DNA of 64,000 nucleotides from Candidatus Marinacidobacterium sp. (GCA_965204755.1 OZ242011.1:1952001-2016000), one strand, 5' to 3'. Positions 18,723 to 29,216 are shown, counted from the stretch's first letter. Translations and numbers: made by a program. Notes: generated from the letters alone by a model not told the origin.

Positions 18723-20690
18723 ATGGAACGGCCCGAGAGCGCCTCCGCACGGCCGGGAAACGGGGAACCGGCCCCGACGGCCGCGCCCGCGGCGCGAAGA
18801 GACGAAGACGCCGCCCTGGGTATGGGCCGGAGCATCACCCGGCGGGACTTCCTGAACGGGGTCCCCGTCGGAATCGCCGGCTTGGCGGCGCTTCCCGCGC
18901 TCGCGCCGGGACTCCTCGGCGCTGAAGAGTCCGCCGCGCCCTACCCGCCGGCGCTCACCGGCCTTCGCGGCAGCCACCCGGGGTCGTTCGAGGTCGCCCA
19001 CCGGCTGGCGCGCCTCGTCCGGGAGGGAAGGGCCTGGGACGACTCCGGCGCCGCCGACGGGGGCGAGTTCGACCTGGTCGTGGTCGGCGGCGGCATCAGC
19101 GGGCTCGCCGCGGCCCACCTCTACCGGAAGGCGGCCGGGCCGGACGCCCGCATCCTGGTCCTCGACAACCACGACGACTTCGGCGGCCACGCCAAGCGCA
19201 ACGAGTTCACCTACGAGGGGCGGACGATCCTGGGCTACGGCGGCACCCAGTCGCTGGATTCGCCCGCGACTTTCAGCCCCGCCGCCCGGTCGCTGCTGGA
19301 TGACCTCGGCGTGGACCTCGACCTCTTCTACACGGCGTTCGACCGCGACTACTACTCCTCGCGCGGCCTCGGTTCCGCGGTCTTCTTCGGCGAAGAGGAC
19401 TTCGGACGCGACCGGCTGGTGGGCGGGTTCGGGCGCCGCCCGCCGGCCGACCTCGCCGCGGAGGCGCCGCTCTCCCCGGCCGGCCGGGCCGACTTCGTCC
19501 GCCTCCTCGAAGACCCCGGCGACCCGTGGCCGCACCTGTCCGCCGCCGCCAAGAAGGACCGGCTGGCGACGGTGAGTTACCGCGGCTTCCTGGATGAGTT
19601 GGGGATGGGGCCGGAGGCGCAGGCGCTCTACCGGCAGCGGCCCCACTCGCTCTTCGGCATGGGCGGCGACGGCGTGCCGGCGCTCGACCTGTGGTCGCTC
19701 GGCTATCCCGGCTTCGACGGGATGAACCTGCCGCCGGGGGACCACCCGCGGCTCAGCCTCACCGCGAAGCCGGCGGCGGCGCCGGAGCCCTACATCTTCC
19801 ACTTCCCCGACGGCAACGCCACCGTCGCCCGGCTCCTCGTCCGCCGCCTGATCCCGGAGGCGGCGCCCGGCGGCACCGGCGAGGACATCGTGCTGGCGCG
19901 GCTGGACTACGGCGCGCTCGACCGGCCTGGCGCGCCCTGCCGGATCCGGCTCTCCTCGACCGCGGTGCGCGTCCGCCCCGGCGGGCCGCGGGCCCCGGCG
20001 AGCGTGACTTATGTGCGGGGCGGCTCGGAAACGCGCGTTCGCGCCGGGGCGGTGGTGCTCGCCGGCTACAACCGGGTCGTCCCGTTCCTCCTCCCGGAAC
20101 TCCCCGCCGAGCAGCGGCGGGCGCTCCGGTACCCGCCCAAGGTTCCGCTGGTGTACACGAATGTCCTGCTCCGGGACTGGCGGAGTTTCGCCGCCGCCGG
20201 CGCCGCCCGGATCCACTTCCCGGCCGGGTTCCACTCCTCGCTCTCGCTGGACTTCCCGGTGAGCCTCGGCGGCTACCGGTTCTCCGGGGGGCCGGAGGAG
20301 CCGATCGTCGTCCATGCCGTCCGGACGCCCTGTTCACCCGGCCGGAGCGCCCGGGAGCAGCACCGCGCCGGGCAGGCCGAACTGCTGCGGACGCCGTTCG
20401 CGGTCTTCGAGCGGGAGACGCGCCGCCAACTGGCCCGGGCGCTCGGCCCCCACGGGTTCGACCCGGCCCGGGACCTCGCGGGCCTCACCGTGAACCGGTG
20501 GCCGCACGGCTACACCTTCGAATACAACTCGCTGTGGGATCCGCCGTTTCCGCCCGGCGCGGCGCCCCACGAAGTCGCCCGCCGCCCGTTCGGCCGGGTC
20601 CGCCTCGCCGGCGCGGACTGCGGCGCTTACGCCTACACCCAGTCCGCGATCGACCAGGCCCACCGCGCCGTCGCCGAGATCGCGGGCTGA
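18723..20690 (+). CDS. Spermidine dehydrogenase-like FAD oxidoreductase
   Basis: ITRRDFLNG Tat motif, YPPALTGLRGSHPGSFEVAH, DNHDDFGGHAKRNEF, HFPDGNA, VNRWPHGY. Start 18723 or 18822. Confidence 0.75.
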   Translation: MERPESASARPGNGEPAPTAAPAARRDEDAALGMGRSITRRDFLNGVPVGIAGLAALPALAPGLLGAEESAAPYPPALTGLRGSHPGSFEVAHRLARLVREGRAWDDSGAADGGEFDLVVVGGGISGLAAAHLYRKAAGPDARILVLDNHDDFGGHAKRNEFTYEGRTILGYGGTQSLDSPATFSPAARSLLDDLGVDLDLFYTAFDRDYYSSRGLGSAVFFGEEDFGRDRLVGGFGRRPPADLAAEAPLSPAGRADFVRLLEDPGDPWPHLSAAAKKDRLATVSYRGFLDELGMGPEAQALYRQRPHSLFGMGGDGVPALDLWSLGYPGFDGMNLPPGDHPRLSLTAKPAAAPEPYIFHFPDGNATVARLLVRRLIPEAAPGGTGEDIVLARLDYGALDRPGAPCRIRLSSTAVRVRPGGPRAPASVTYVRGGSETRVRAGAVVLAGYNRVVPFLLPELPAEQRRALRYPPKVPLVYTNVLLRDWRSFAAAGAARIHFPAGFHSSLSLDFPVSLGGYRFSGGPEEPIVVHAVRTPCSPGRSAREQHRAGQAELLRTPFAVFERETRRQLARALGPHGFDPARDLAGLTVNRWPHGYTFEYNSLWDPPFPPGAAPHEVARRPFGRVRLAGADCGAYAYTQSAIDQAHRAVAEIAG

Positions 20691-20722
20691 CCGGGGTTCG
20701 GCGCGTCGGCCTTCCGGACTCG

Positions 20723-21568
20723 ATGCCCGAACTCCCCGAAGTCGAACTCGCCCGCGAGAACCTGGCCGGGTGGCTGGTCGGCCGGCGCATCCGGCGGCTC
20801 CGGGCGCCGGACACCCGCATCCGCCGGGGCCAGGAGGAAGCGGAGATCCGCGCCGCCGCCGAAGGCCGGCGGGTGACGGCCGTCCGGCGGCGGGCGAAGT
20901 ACCTGCTGTTCGACCTCGACGGGCCGGCGCCCGCGGGTTCCGGCCTGCTCGGCCACCTGGGGATGACCGGCAAGTGGGTCCGCCGCCGGGGCGCCGAGCC
21001 CGACCCGCCGGCGGCGCGGGCGGAGTTGGGGCTCTCCGGAGGGGAGCGCGTCGTGTTCGCCGACCGTCGGCGCTTCGGCCACTTCTCGCTCCGCCGCGCC
21101 GAGGACGACGACCGACTCGCCGGGCTGGGCCCGGAGCCGCTCGCGCCGGCGTTCACCGCGCGCGCCCTGGCCGACCGGCTCCGGGGCGCGCCCGGCCCGG
21201 TGAAGGTCGTGCTCATGGATCAGCGCCGGATCGCCGGGCTCGGGAACATCCAGGCCGCCGAGGCGCTCTGGCGCGCCGGGGTCCATCCGGAGCGCGCCGC
21301 CGGGAGTCTCGAAGCGGGCGAAGTCCGCCGGCTCCACCGGGCGATCCGGGCGACGCTGCGGCGCACCATCCGGGAAGCGCGCGGCATCGAGATCCGGTAT
21401 GTCAGCGAAGGGCGGGCGGGGAACGAGAGCGCGCAGGGCCGTTTCTCGGTGTACGCCCACGAAGGGGAGACCTGTCCGAAGTGCCGGCGAAGCCGGATCC
21501 GGCGCCGCCGGCTCGCCGGGCGCTCCTCGTTCCATTGCCCGCGTTGCCAGCCGAGGCGCCCGACTTGA
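20723..21568 (+). CDS. mutM: Formamidopyrimidine-DNA glycosylase
   Basis: MPELPEVE N-terminus, HLGMTG, GLGNI, C-terminal CPKC...CPRCQ zinc finger. Confidence 0.95.
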   Translation: MPELPEVELARENLAGWLVGRRIRRLRAPDTRIRRGQEEAEIRAAAEGRRVTAVRRRAKYLLFDLDGPAPAGSGLLGHLGMTGKWVRRRGAEPDPPAARAELGLSGGERVVFADRRRFGHFSLRRAEDDDRLAGLGPEPLAPAFTARALADRLRGAPGPVKVVLMDQRRIAGLGNIQAAEALWRAGVHPERAAGSLEAGEVRRLHRAIRATLRRTIREARGIEIRYVSEGRAGNESAQGRFSVYAHEGETCPKCRRSRIRRRRLAGRSSFHCPRCQPRRPT

Positions 21569-21624
21569 ACCGGCTTCCGGCGCGCCCCGGGCGCCGGGCC
21601 GTATCCCGTTCGTGCTAATGTGCG

Positions 21625-21960
21625 CCTGACTGGATCGTTTGACCGGAGACTCCGGGCGCGGGAGTTCGCATCGAACGGGGCGCCCGACTCCATTGTTCAT
21701 CGCGGCGAAATTCGCCGCCGCGTTCGATCCGGTTTACCGACGAGTGGATCGTTTCCGCAACAGGAATGCGGAAGCGGCCGGGTATGCGCCGGCCGACCCG
21801 ATCCGCCCGCCCGGTCCAACTGCCGGGACGGATGGCCGGATCGGGTTGACCGGACGCGCCGCGACTTCCTCCATGCGCCACGAACGCCATCGTTCCTCCG
21901 TTCTCTTCGCGCGCCTCTCTGCGCCCTCCGCCGGCCGCTTCGAGAGGCGGCTTTCGTCTT
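21625..21960 (+). ncRNA. Candidate long structured leader or ncRNA
   Basis: TGCTAATGT extended -10 at 21613, then about eight consecutive hairpins. Confidence 0.35.
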
Positions 21961-21973
21961 CGGACCTGACTCC

Positions 21974-22423
21974 ATGAAGTACCGCCGAAAGGGCGGACGC
22001 CGCCGCGAACCGGACACGCCGGAACAACGGCGGTTCCGCCGCGACATGGAAGAGCGGCTCTCCGACCTCGGCAACACCGACCAACTGCGGACGCTGCGGC
22101 TGGCCGGCGACCGCCGGGCTTCGGTGGTCACCCGCTGCGCCAAATGCGGCTACCAGTGGCCGACCGGCGAGGTCTCCATCGTGGTCGGCGCGGTCTGCCC
22201 CACCTGCGGCACCGCGCTCCGCTCCTGCCGGCACTGCGCGCTCTTCGATCCGGGCGAGAGATTCGAATGCCGCGCGGAGATCCCGGAGCGCATCGCGAAC
22301 AAGTGGGCGGGGAACGAATGCTTCCACTTCCGCCCGGTCGAAGTGCTCGACCTCACCGGCCGGAAACTGGACACCGCCCGCGACGCCAAGGCCGCGTTCG
22401 ACAACCTGTTCGACGAGAGTTGA
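21974..22423 (+). CDS. Cys-rich zinc-ribbon hypothetical protein
   Basis: CAKC, CPTC, CRHC..FDP..RFEC, NECFHF, ARDAKAAFDNLF. Resembles a family I recall from Acidobacteriota. Confidence 0.7.
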   Translation: MKYRRKGGRRREPDTPEQRRFRRDMEERLSDLGNTDQLRTLRLAGDRRASVVTRCAKCGYQWPTGEVSIVVGAVCPTCGTALRSCRHCALFDPGERFECRAEIPERIANKWAGNECFHFRPVEVLDLTGRKLDTARDAKAAFDNLFDES

Positions 22424-23133
22424 TCCTCTTCGCCGGAACCTCCGGCTACGGGTTCCGGGAATGGGTCGGGACCTTCTATCCCGACAAGACGAAGTCGAAG
22501 GACTTCCTCGCTTACTACGCCTCGGTGTTCGGCAGCGTCGAGATCAACCACACCTTCCGCCGCTTTCCGAAGTCCGACCTCGCGGCCGCCTGGGCGGAGA
22601 GCACGCCTCCGGAGTTCCGCTTCTCGGTCAAGGCCCACCAGGGAATCACCCACCGCTCCCGCCTCCGGGACACGAAGGACGATGTCGAAGCCTTCGTCGC
22701 CGCGCTTTCGCCCCTCGGCGAACGCCTGGGCCCCATCCTCTTCCAGTGTCCGCCCTGGTTCCGGAGGGACGACGACCGCTTGGCCGAGTTCCTCTCGGCG
22801 TTACCGGAAGGCCGCCGCTACGCCCTCGAGTTCCGCCACGAGAGTTGGCGGTGCGAAGAAGTGGAGTCCGCCTGCCGCGAACACGGCGTCGCCCTCGCCG
22901 CCGGCATCTCCGACCTCGACGGCGACCTGCGCGTCCCGGTCACCGCCGACTTCGCCTATGTCCGCCTCCGCCGCGACCCGCCGTACGCGGAGTCCGAGCA
23001 AACGGCGATCCGTTCCCTCGTCCGCCGAGTCGAAACCGAAGCGGAGACGCTCTACCTCTATGTGAAACACGACGGCCCCGGCCTCGCCCCGGACGCCGTG
23101 CGTTGGATTCGCTCGCTCGCTACAGAGGCCTGA
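22420..23133 (+). CDS. DUF72 (YecE-like) protein
   Basis: GTSGY, FYP, VEINHTF, LFQCPP, EFRHESW, YVRLR. TTG overlaps the upstream stop. Confidence 0.85.
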   Translation: MILFAGTSGYGFREWVGTFYPDKTKSKDFLAYYASVFGSVEINHTFRRFPKSDLAAAWAESTPPEFRFSVKAHQGITHRSRLRDTKDDVEAFVAALSPLGERLGPILFQCPPWFRRDDDRLAEFLSALPEGRRYALEFRHESWRCEEVESACREHGVALAAGISDLDGDLRVPVTADFAYVRLRRDPPYAESEQTAIRSLVRRVETEAETLYLYVKHDGPGLAPDAVRWIRSLATEA

Positions 23134-23224
23134 CCGCGGGCGCCGCCACGAACGCTCGCCGGCCAGCCCGCGGAGAGCCCACGGAGCGACCCTCGGCGCG
23201 GAAGCGCCGAGGGGGGAGGGGTGC

Positions 23225-23289
23225 GGGGAGGGGGTGTCCCCCTCCCTGCGAAAGATGGCGAAGGGAATCGCGCAGCGATTCGCTTCGCC
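23225..23289. terminator. Two strong hairpins between convergent genes
   Basis: GGGAGGGGG-TGT-CCCCCTCCC and GGCGAAG.GAATCGC-GCA-GCGATTC.CTTCGCC. Confidence 0.4.
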
Positions 23290-23384
23290 TGCCCGTGGGA
23301 AGAGCGCCCCGCCGGAAACGGAACGGGGAATTCGAGTCGTCAGGTCGAAGAGGGTAGGGGCGGGGCGTTCTTCCCACGGGCAGC

Positions 23385-26300
23385 CTAAAACGGCCAGCCC
23401 ATCCAGAAGTCGAACTTCCAGCCCGGGACCGTGGTGGAGAAGTCCGTGCGCCTCGACCAGGCGAAGTTGAGCGGCAGTCCCAGCAGGTAGATGCGGGCGT
23501 TGAAGCCGTAGGACGCGACGAAGTCGTCGAGCCCGAAGCCCTCGGAGACGCAGGCCGAGTTGTTCCGGGGGCCGCAGAGGTTCCCCAGCCGCGATTCCCT
23601 CCGGTCGGTGGAATAGATGCCCAGCGGGTCGCCGGCGTAGGCGGCGCCGCCGGCGTCCACGAAGACGCTGCCCCGGAGCGGGCCGACCAGTCCGATCGGC
23701 GTGATGGCGGCATCTATGATCGGGAAGCGGAACTCGACGGTGGCGTGTCCGCCCCGGTTTCCGGAGAACGAGTAGAGCGGGTAGCCGCGCAGTTCGCCGT
23801 TCCCGCCGAACCAGAAGAACCCCGGCGCCTCGCCGGCGCTGTGGAACCACTTGAGCCGCGCCGCCAGCACGCTGGCGGTGGTCACCTGGAAGTACTTGCG
23901 CGCGTCCAGGTTGAAGGTGGTCCGCGAAAGGAACGGCCCGCCCGGCGACCATTCGACGCCGGCCAGCACCGTGCTGCCGGCCTGCGGGAACACCGCCGGG
24001 CCGACCTGCCGGAACCGGATCGTCTCCTGCACGAACGAGAACCGCGTGGGCAGCAGGTGTCCGGTGGGGAATACCCGCTGGTAGAAGTCGGCGTACTGGC
24101 TGGTGAAGTCGCCGGGCAGCGTCGGGTCCTGGCCGGGCGTGAGGAACGGGTTCTGGAAACCGGAACTCTGGTAGTCGTAACCGATCCCCATCTCCAGCCG
24201 GCGGAACCGGCTCAGCGGATACAGCGCCCGCACCGACGCGCCGGAGGAGCGGATCGTGCCCAGCCGGTCGCGCCGGCTCCAGTAACTGCCGTAGTAGTAG
24301 GGGAGCCTCGGATAGAAGAACGAGGTGTTGTCGTGGCCTTCGACCGCGTACTGGAACCTTCCGGAGAGGTTGGCGTACTGGACGTTGTACACCCGGAACG
24401 AACGCACCGAGTAGGCGGTGAAGGAGAAGCGGTCGTCCCCCAGAACATCGGAGAACGAGATCGCGGTGCCGCCGAAGAAGTCCCCGTCGCTGGTGACCCC
24501 GGCCTGGATCGGCGGCGGGCCGTCGAGGAACAGCCGCTCGAACCGGCTCTTCTTGCGCTTGTTCTCGCTGATGACCTGGTGGTCCACGGTGGGGACGAAA
24601 TCTATGACCGGGCCGGGAGTGCGGATGACCGTGTCCGCCATGATCTCCTTCACCGGCTCGTCCATGGCGAGCGTGTGGAGGCCCCAGTTGCCCTTGTGGT
24701 AACTGGTGAACAGCAGCGTGTCCTGCCCGGTCTCCGGGTCGGACATCACGCTCGGCGCGAAGTTCCCTCCCAGCACATCGGTGTACTGGATGATGTCGCC
24801 GGTTTCGGTGTCCAGCGTCCGGATGTTGAAGATGCCGTCGTCTTCGTTGGAGGAATAGACCAGGTCCCGGCCGTTCGGCGCGAAGATCGGGGCCACATCG
24901 TGGAAGGTCCCGAAAGTGATCTGCTCTTTCTCCCCGGTGGCGATCCGCAGCCGGTACAACTTGTCGTAGCCGCTGATCCGGCGGCTGTAGTAGAGCCACT
25001 CGCCGTCCGGCGAGACGGTGGGGAACTTGTCGTGGAAGTCGTCCCTCGTCAGGTTCTCGATCTCCTCGGTGGCGAGGTCGATCCGGTAGATGTCCGCGAT
25101 GCCGTTCCGGAGCGCGGAGAAGTACACCCAGTCGCCGTCGGGGCCGACCTGGGGGAACTTGGCCCGGTCGAGCGGCATCTCGATCCGGCGGACGATCTCG
25201 GAGTCCACCACATCGGCGAACAGGAGAGCGCGCCGCTTCCGGAACTTCCCGAAGAAGGCCACCTGCGACCCGTCCGGCGTCCAACTCAGGTTGCGCCCGA
25301 TCAACTGGTCTTCGCCGGTCAGCCCCACCACATTGATGAACTCCCCGGCGTACCCGGGAGTCAGGTTGCGGATGACCTCGCCGTCCTTCGCCGACAGCAG
25401 CACCACATCGTATTCCGTCTCCCGGCGGTTCCCGGCGAGCACCGCGATCACTTCGCCCGAAGGGGAGTGCGCGGCGGAGATGGCGCCCACATAGCGGCCT
25501 TCGCGCGGGGAGAGGTCCACGCTGTAGTCCTCCGGGATCTCCTTGTCCCGGTACGGCTTGAACCGCTCCTTGATCCATCGCTTGTATTCCCGGTAGAACT
25601 CCTCCGGCGCCATCCGGAACGCCTGCTCATAGACCTCTTCGCTGACCCCGCCGGTGACCGCCCGGCGCAGTGAGAACACGAACTGCCGGACGCCTTCTTC
25701 GCCGAACCTCTCTTCCATGAAGTCGAAGATGGACGCGCCGAAGGAGTACGGCGTCCGGGTGAACGCCTGGTTCAACTCCGCGAAGGTCGGCACCTGGTCG
25801 GCCACCGCGGCGTCGCGCACCACCATCAGGTCGAGCGGGTCCCATTCGTCCTCCATGTAGGTGGCGAGCCCCTCGTCTATCCAGAGCGGCACGGTCTGGC
25901 GGAAGAGCGAACGGGGGACGATGTCGAATTCGAAGATGTGGGTGAGTTCGTGGAGGAAGAGTTCCTGCAGTTCGTCCGGCGGGTTGTCGATCGGGATCAC
26001 CATCCGGTCGCGGGCCGACTCGGCGAACGCGCCGACCCCCTCCGGGATCTCCGAAGGCGAGAGGTTGGTCTGGGCGAACTCGGAGAAGGTCCGGTAGAGG
26101 ATCAGCGGGATGGCGAACGGGATCTCGTGCTTGAGCCGGTCGGAGATCGTCTCGTAGGCGCTTTCGGCGTAACTCACCAGCCGCCCGAGTTCCTCCTCCA
26201 TCTCCGGGTAGTAATAGACATCGAAGTGGGGCGAGCGGTACACCTGCCAGTCGTGCCGGTCGTACTTGACCTTGTTCTTCCCGTAGAACGGGATGAAGTA

Positions 26301-26417
26301 CTGCGCCGCGGCCGGCGCGGCGAAGAGCGAAGCGGCGGCGGCGGCGAAAGCGGCGGCGAACAGGGCGGCGCGGGCGGCGCGCCCGAATCGGTCGAGGATC
26401 GAAGTGGTCGGCTTCAC
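23385..26417 (-). CDS. Omp85/BamA-TamA family protein with N-terminal peptidase MA-like and PD40 repeats
   Basis: Signal peptide, YGKNKVKY, HELTHIF...WIDEGLA, TolB-like SPDG repeats, LRGY, C-terminal WPF. Confidence 0.8.
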   Translation of the reverse strand: MKPTTSILDRFGRAARAALFAAAFAAAAASLFAAPAAAQYFIPFYGKNKVKYDRHDWQVYRSPHFDVYYYPEMEEELGRLVSYAESAYETISDRLKHEIPFAIPLILYRTFSEFAQTNLSPSEIPEGVGAFAESARDRMVIPIDNPPDELQELFLHELTHIFEFDIVPRSLFRQTVPLWIDEGLATYMEDEWDPLDLMVVRDAAVADQVPTFAELNQAFTRTPYSFGASIFDFMEERFGEEGVRQFVFSLRRAVTGGVSEEVYEQAFRMAPEEFYREYKRWIKERFKPYRDKEIPEDYSVDLSPREGRYVGAISAAHSPSGEVIAVLAGNRRETEYDVVLLSAKDGEVIRNLTPGYAGEFINVVGLTGEDQLIGRNLSWTPDGSQVAFFGKFRKRRALLFADVVDSEIVRRIEMPLDRAKFPQVGPDGDWVYFSALRNGIADIYRIDLATEEIENLTRDDFHDKFPTVSPDGEWLYYSRRISGYDKLYRLRIATGEKEQITFGTFHDVAPIFAPNGRDLVYSSNEDDGIFNIRTLDTETGDIIQYTDVLGGNFAPSVMSDPETGQDTLLFTSYHKGNWGLHTLAMDEPVKEIMADTVIRTPGPVIDFVPTVDHQVISENKRKKSRFERLFLDGPPPIQAGVTSDGDFFGGTAISFSDVLGDDRFSFTAYSVRSFRVYNVQYANLSGRFQYAVEGHDNTSFFYPRLPYYYGSYWSRRDRLGTIRSSGASVRALYPLSRFRRLEMGIGYDYQSSGFQNPFLTPGQDPTLPGDFTSQYADFYQRVFPTGHLLPTRFSFVQETIRFRQVGPAVFPQAGSTVLAGVEWSPGGPFLSRTTFNLDARKYFQVTTASVLAARLKWFHSAGEAPGFFWFGGNGELRGYPLYSFSGNRGGHATVEFRFPIIDAAITPIGLVGPLRGSVFVDAGGAAYAGDPLGIYSTDRRESRLGNLCGPRNNSACVSEGFGLDDFVASYGFNARIYLLGLPLNFAWSRRTDFSTTVPGWKFDFWMGWPF

Positions 26418-26460
26418 GGCGCCTCTCCTTCGTGGGTGAGCGCCCCGGCGAACGGCGGCG

Positions 26461-27246
26461 TCAGCGCAGCAGCACCCGGGTCCCCCGGAAGGTCTGCGGG
26501 GTGACGATGCTGAGGAAATTGGGCAGGATGCGGTCCATCAACTCGAAGTAGGAACTGAGCGCCGAACTCTCTTCGTCGCGGCCGAAGATGACTTCCTCGG
26601 TGAACCGCTCGCGGTGGATGGTGCGGCCGCTGGCTCCGTCGATGAAGTAGAACTCGGCCATGAAGGTGTAGGCGTTTCGTTCCTGGAACTGCGTGCTGCG
26701 GACGAGTTGGGGGCGGTTGAACGCGTCGCGGACATACCGGTCGCGCCGGGAGAAACCGGACCGCTCCTCGGCGTCGAAGCGGAGCCTCCCGCTCACGATG
26801 AGCGGCTCTTCGAACTCCTCGCCCAGTTGCCGCCAGTACTCCTCGTCTTCCAGCAACTTGTCCTGCTCGAGGTCGATCCATTCCTGCCGGGAGATCTCGC
26901 CGCCCTCGAAGACGCCGGCGGCCATCTCCTCGAACTGGACGCTCAGCCCGTTCGCCTCCATCGCGGCGTCGGAGAAGTCGCCGAGCGGCTCCACTTCCGC
27001 TTCGATGACCGAGAGGCGGGAGTTGATGCGCAGTTGGTTGCGGAGCAGCCGGGAGGTCTCGGAGTCGAGGTCGAGGTTCTCGTTCGTCTGGGTGACGAAA
27101 CTCCCCACCAGCACCCGGCCGTAGTCGGAGAGGTCGAGTTTCGCCTCGATCGGGATCTCGATGGGGACTTCGAGGTACGGGCTCGCCGCGCAGCCGCCGA
27201 GGCCGAGCGCGGCGGCGACTCCGAAGAGGACGGAGCGTCGGGGCAT
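26461..27246 (-). CDS. Putative lipoprotein
   Basis: LGGC lipobox, GC3-biased codons. Confidence 0.6.
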   Translation of the reverse strand: MPRRSVLFGVAAALGLGGCAASPYLEVPIEIPIEAKLDLSDYGRVLVGSFVTQTNENLDLDSETSRLLRNQLRINSRLSVIEAEVEPLGDFSDAAMEANGLSVQFEEMAAGVFEGGEISRQEWIDLEQDKLLEDEEYWRQLGEEFEEPLIVSGRLRFDAEERSGFSRRDRYVRDAFNRPQLVRSTQFQERNAYTFMAEFYFIDGASGRTIHRERFTEEVIFGRDEESSALSSYFELMDRILPNFLSIVTPQTFRGTRVLLR

Positions 27247-27255
27247 CGAGTCCGG

Positions 27256-27666
27256 TCAGCGGCGGTTCGCCGAGCGGGCGGCGTCCCGTTCCTTGCGCTT
27301 CTTGCGCTCGTAGGCTTCCCGGAAGAGTTCGTAGTTCTGGCGGATGTGGTCGCTGCGCGGATTCAACTCGAGCGCGGTCTCGTAGGAGTCCAGCGCTTCC
27401 TCGAATTTCCCGCCCCGCTCGTAGGCGACCCCCAAGTTGTTGTGCGCCCGGGCGTTCAGCGGGTCGAGCGCCACCGCCTTCTCCCAGCGGTAGGCGGCTT
27501 CCTTCCAGAGGCCCTTGCCGGCCACATCCACGCCGAAGGAGTTCTCCTGCGAGGCGCGCTCCTCGTCGGCGAGCGCCAGAGTGGGGGCGGCGGCGAAGGC
27601 GAGCAGGCCGGTCACCGCGAGGGTCGGGAGGAGGGAGCGGGAGGGAACGGGGAGGTTTCGGGGCAT
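27256..27666 (-). CDS. Tetratricopeptide repeat protein
   Basis: AHNNLGVAYERGGKFEEALDSYETALELNP. Signal-like N-terminus. Confidence 0.75.
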   Translation of the reverse strand: MPRNLPVPSRSLLPTLAVTGLLAFAAAPTLALADEERASQENSFGVDVAGKGLWKEAAYRWEKAVALDPLNARAHNNLGVAYERGGKFEEALDSYETALELNPRSDHIRQNYELFREAYERKKRKERDAARSANRR

Positions 27667-27908
27667 GACTACGGGGGGCTGGCGGGGCGGCTCGAAGGGC
27701 GTGGTTCGCTGCAAAGCGCGGACCGGCGGGCCCGCCCGGCGGCAGCGGAGAAAGGCAACTTCCGATAGTAGCGCGTACCGGTTCCGGGAGAAAAAGGACT
27801 TCGCGCGCGCCGGGTGAGCAGAAATCCGCCGGTATCCGTTCTATAGGGAGGAGAGGAACCGCGCGCCCCCGTCCGGGCGGCGCCCGGCGCCCCGAGGAGA
27901 CGCCCCCG

Positions 27909-29216
27909 ATGCCGAACGGCCCCCTGTCCAACCATGGGACCCCGAACCACCGGACGCCGGACCACCCGACGCCGAACCACCCGACCCCCGAACCGCGGGC
28001 CGACGCCCCCGCCGGGGACGCGCCGCCCGGCGCGGCGCTCACGCTCGCCGTCCTCGAGATCGCCCTCGACGACCGCCCGAAACCGGCGGAGCGCGCGGCG
28101 GCGTTCGCCGGCCGGCCCGCCGCCCGCGCGGTGGAGGCCTTCCTCTCCCGGTTCGGCCGCCCGGGCGCCGAGGCAAGAACCCGCGCTGCGGAGTGGCGGG
28201 AGGCCGCCCGCGCCGCCGGCCGGTCGCTCCTGCTCCTGTCCGGCCCGGGCTATCCGCCGCTCCTCGCGGAGATCGCCGTTCCCCCGATCGTCCTCGATGT
28301 CCTCGGCCCGATCGCGCCGCCTTCCGAGCCGCCCCCCGATCCGGCGTCCGATCCGCCCCCCGCTCCGCCCCGACGCGCCGCGGAGGAACTCGCCCGGCCC
28401 GCCGTCGCCGTCGTCGGCGCCCGCCGCGCCACGCCCTACGGGATCGGCGCCGCGGAGTCCCTGGCGGAGGGGCTCGCCGAGGCCGGGGTCACCGTGGTGA
28501 GCGGGCTCGCCCGGGGCGTGGACGCCGCCGCCCACCGGGCGGCGCTCCGGGGCGGGGGCCGGACGCTGGCGGTGCTCGGCGCCGGCCACGACCACCTATA
28601 CCCGCCGGAGCACCGGAACCTGGCGCGGGAGGTGGCCGCCTCCGGCGCGGTGCTCACCGAGTTCCCCCCGGACGCCCGGCCGCTGCCCCACCACTTCCCC
28701 CGGCGCAACCGCATCATCGCCGGGCTCGCCGCCGCCACCGTGGTGGTGGAGGCCCGCGAGCGGAGCGGCTCGCTCTCCACCGCCCGCCACGCCGCCGACT
28801 CGAACCGCGAGGTGTTCGCGGTGCCCGGCCCCATCACCTCCTCCCTCAGCGCCGGCTGCCACTCGCTCCTCCGCTCCGGCGCCGCCCTGGTCACCGGCGT
28901 CGCCGACCTGCTCGAGGAACTCGGCCCCGAGTTCGGCCCCGAGTTCTGCCCCGCCCCGGCGCTGTCCGCCCCGGGGCGGACGCCCACGGGCGCGGCGGCG
29001 ACCCGCGCCCGTCCCCGCCCCGCACCGCCCGACCCCGGAACCGCCGCGGCGGAGGTCCTGGAAACCCTCCGACAGCATCCCTCCGGCGCGAGTTTCGACG
29101 ACCTCCTCGACCACTGCCCCCTCTCCCCGCCGCTCGCGCTGGCCGCCGTTTCCGAGTTGGAGCGGCGCGGCCTGGTCGAGCGATTCCCCGGCGACTTCCT
29201 CCGGGCGAGGGCCTGA
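27909..29216 (+). CDS. dprA: DNA-processing protein DprA
   Basis: AVVGARRATPYG, VSGLARGVD, FPRRNRIIAGL, VVEARERSGSL. Upstream of topA. Confidence 0.92.
   Translation: MPNGPLSNHGTPNHRTPDHPTPNHPTPEPRADAPAGDAPPGAALTLAVLEIALDDRPKPAERAAAFAGRPAARAVEAFLSRFGRPGAEARTRAAEWREAARAAGRSLLLLSGPGYPPLLAEIAVPPIVLDVLGPIAPPSEPPPDPASDPPPAPPRRAAEELARPAVAVVGARRATPYGIGAAESLAEGLAEAGVTVVSGLARGVDAAAHRAALRGGGRTLAVLGAGHDHLYPPEHRNLAREVAASGAVLTEFPPDARPLPHHFPRRNRIIAGLAAATVVVEARERSGSLSTARHAADSNREVFAVPGPITSSLSAGCHSLLRSGAALVTGVADLLEELGPEFGPEFCPAPALSAPGRTPTGAAATRARPRPAPPDPGTAAAEVLETLRQHPSGASFDDLLDHCPLSPPLALAAVSELERRGLVERFPGDFLRARA
27930..27994. repeat. 15-bp imperfect tandem repeat (4 copies) at the dprA 5' end
   Basis: AACCACCCGACGCCG-like units encoding (N/D)HxTP. 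Confidence 0.7.
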
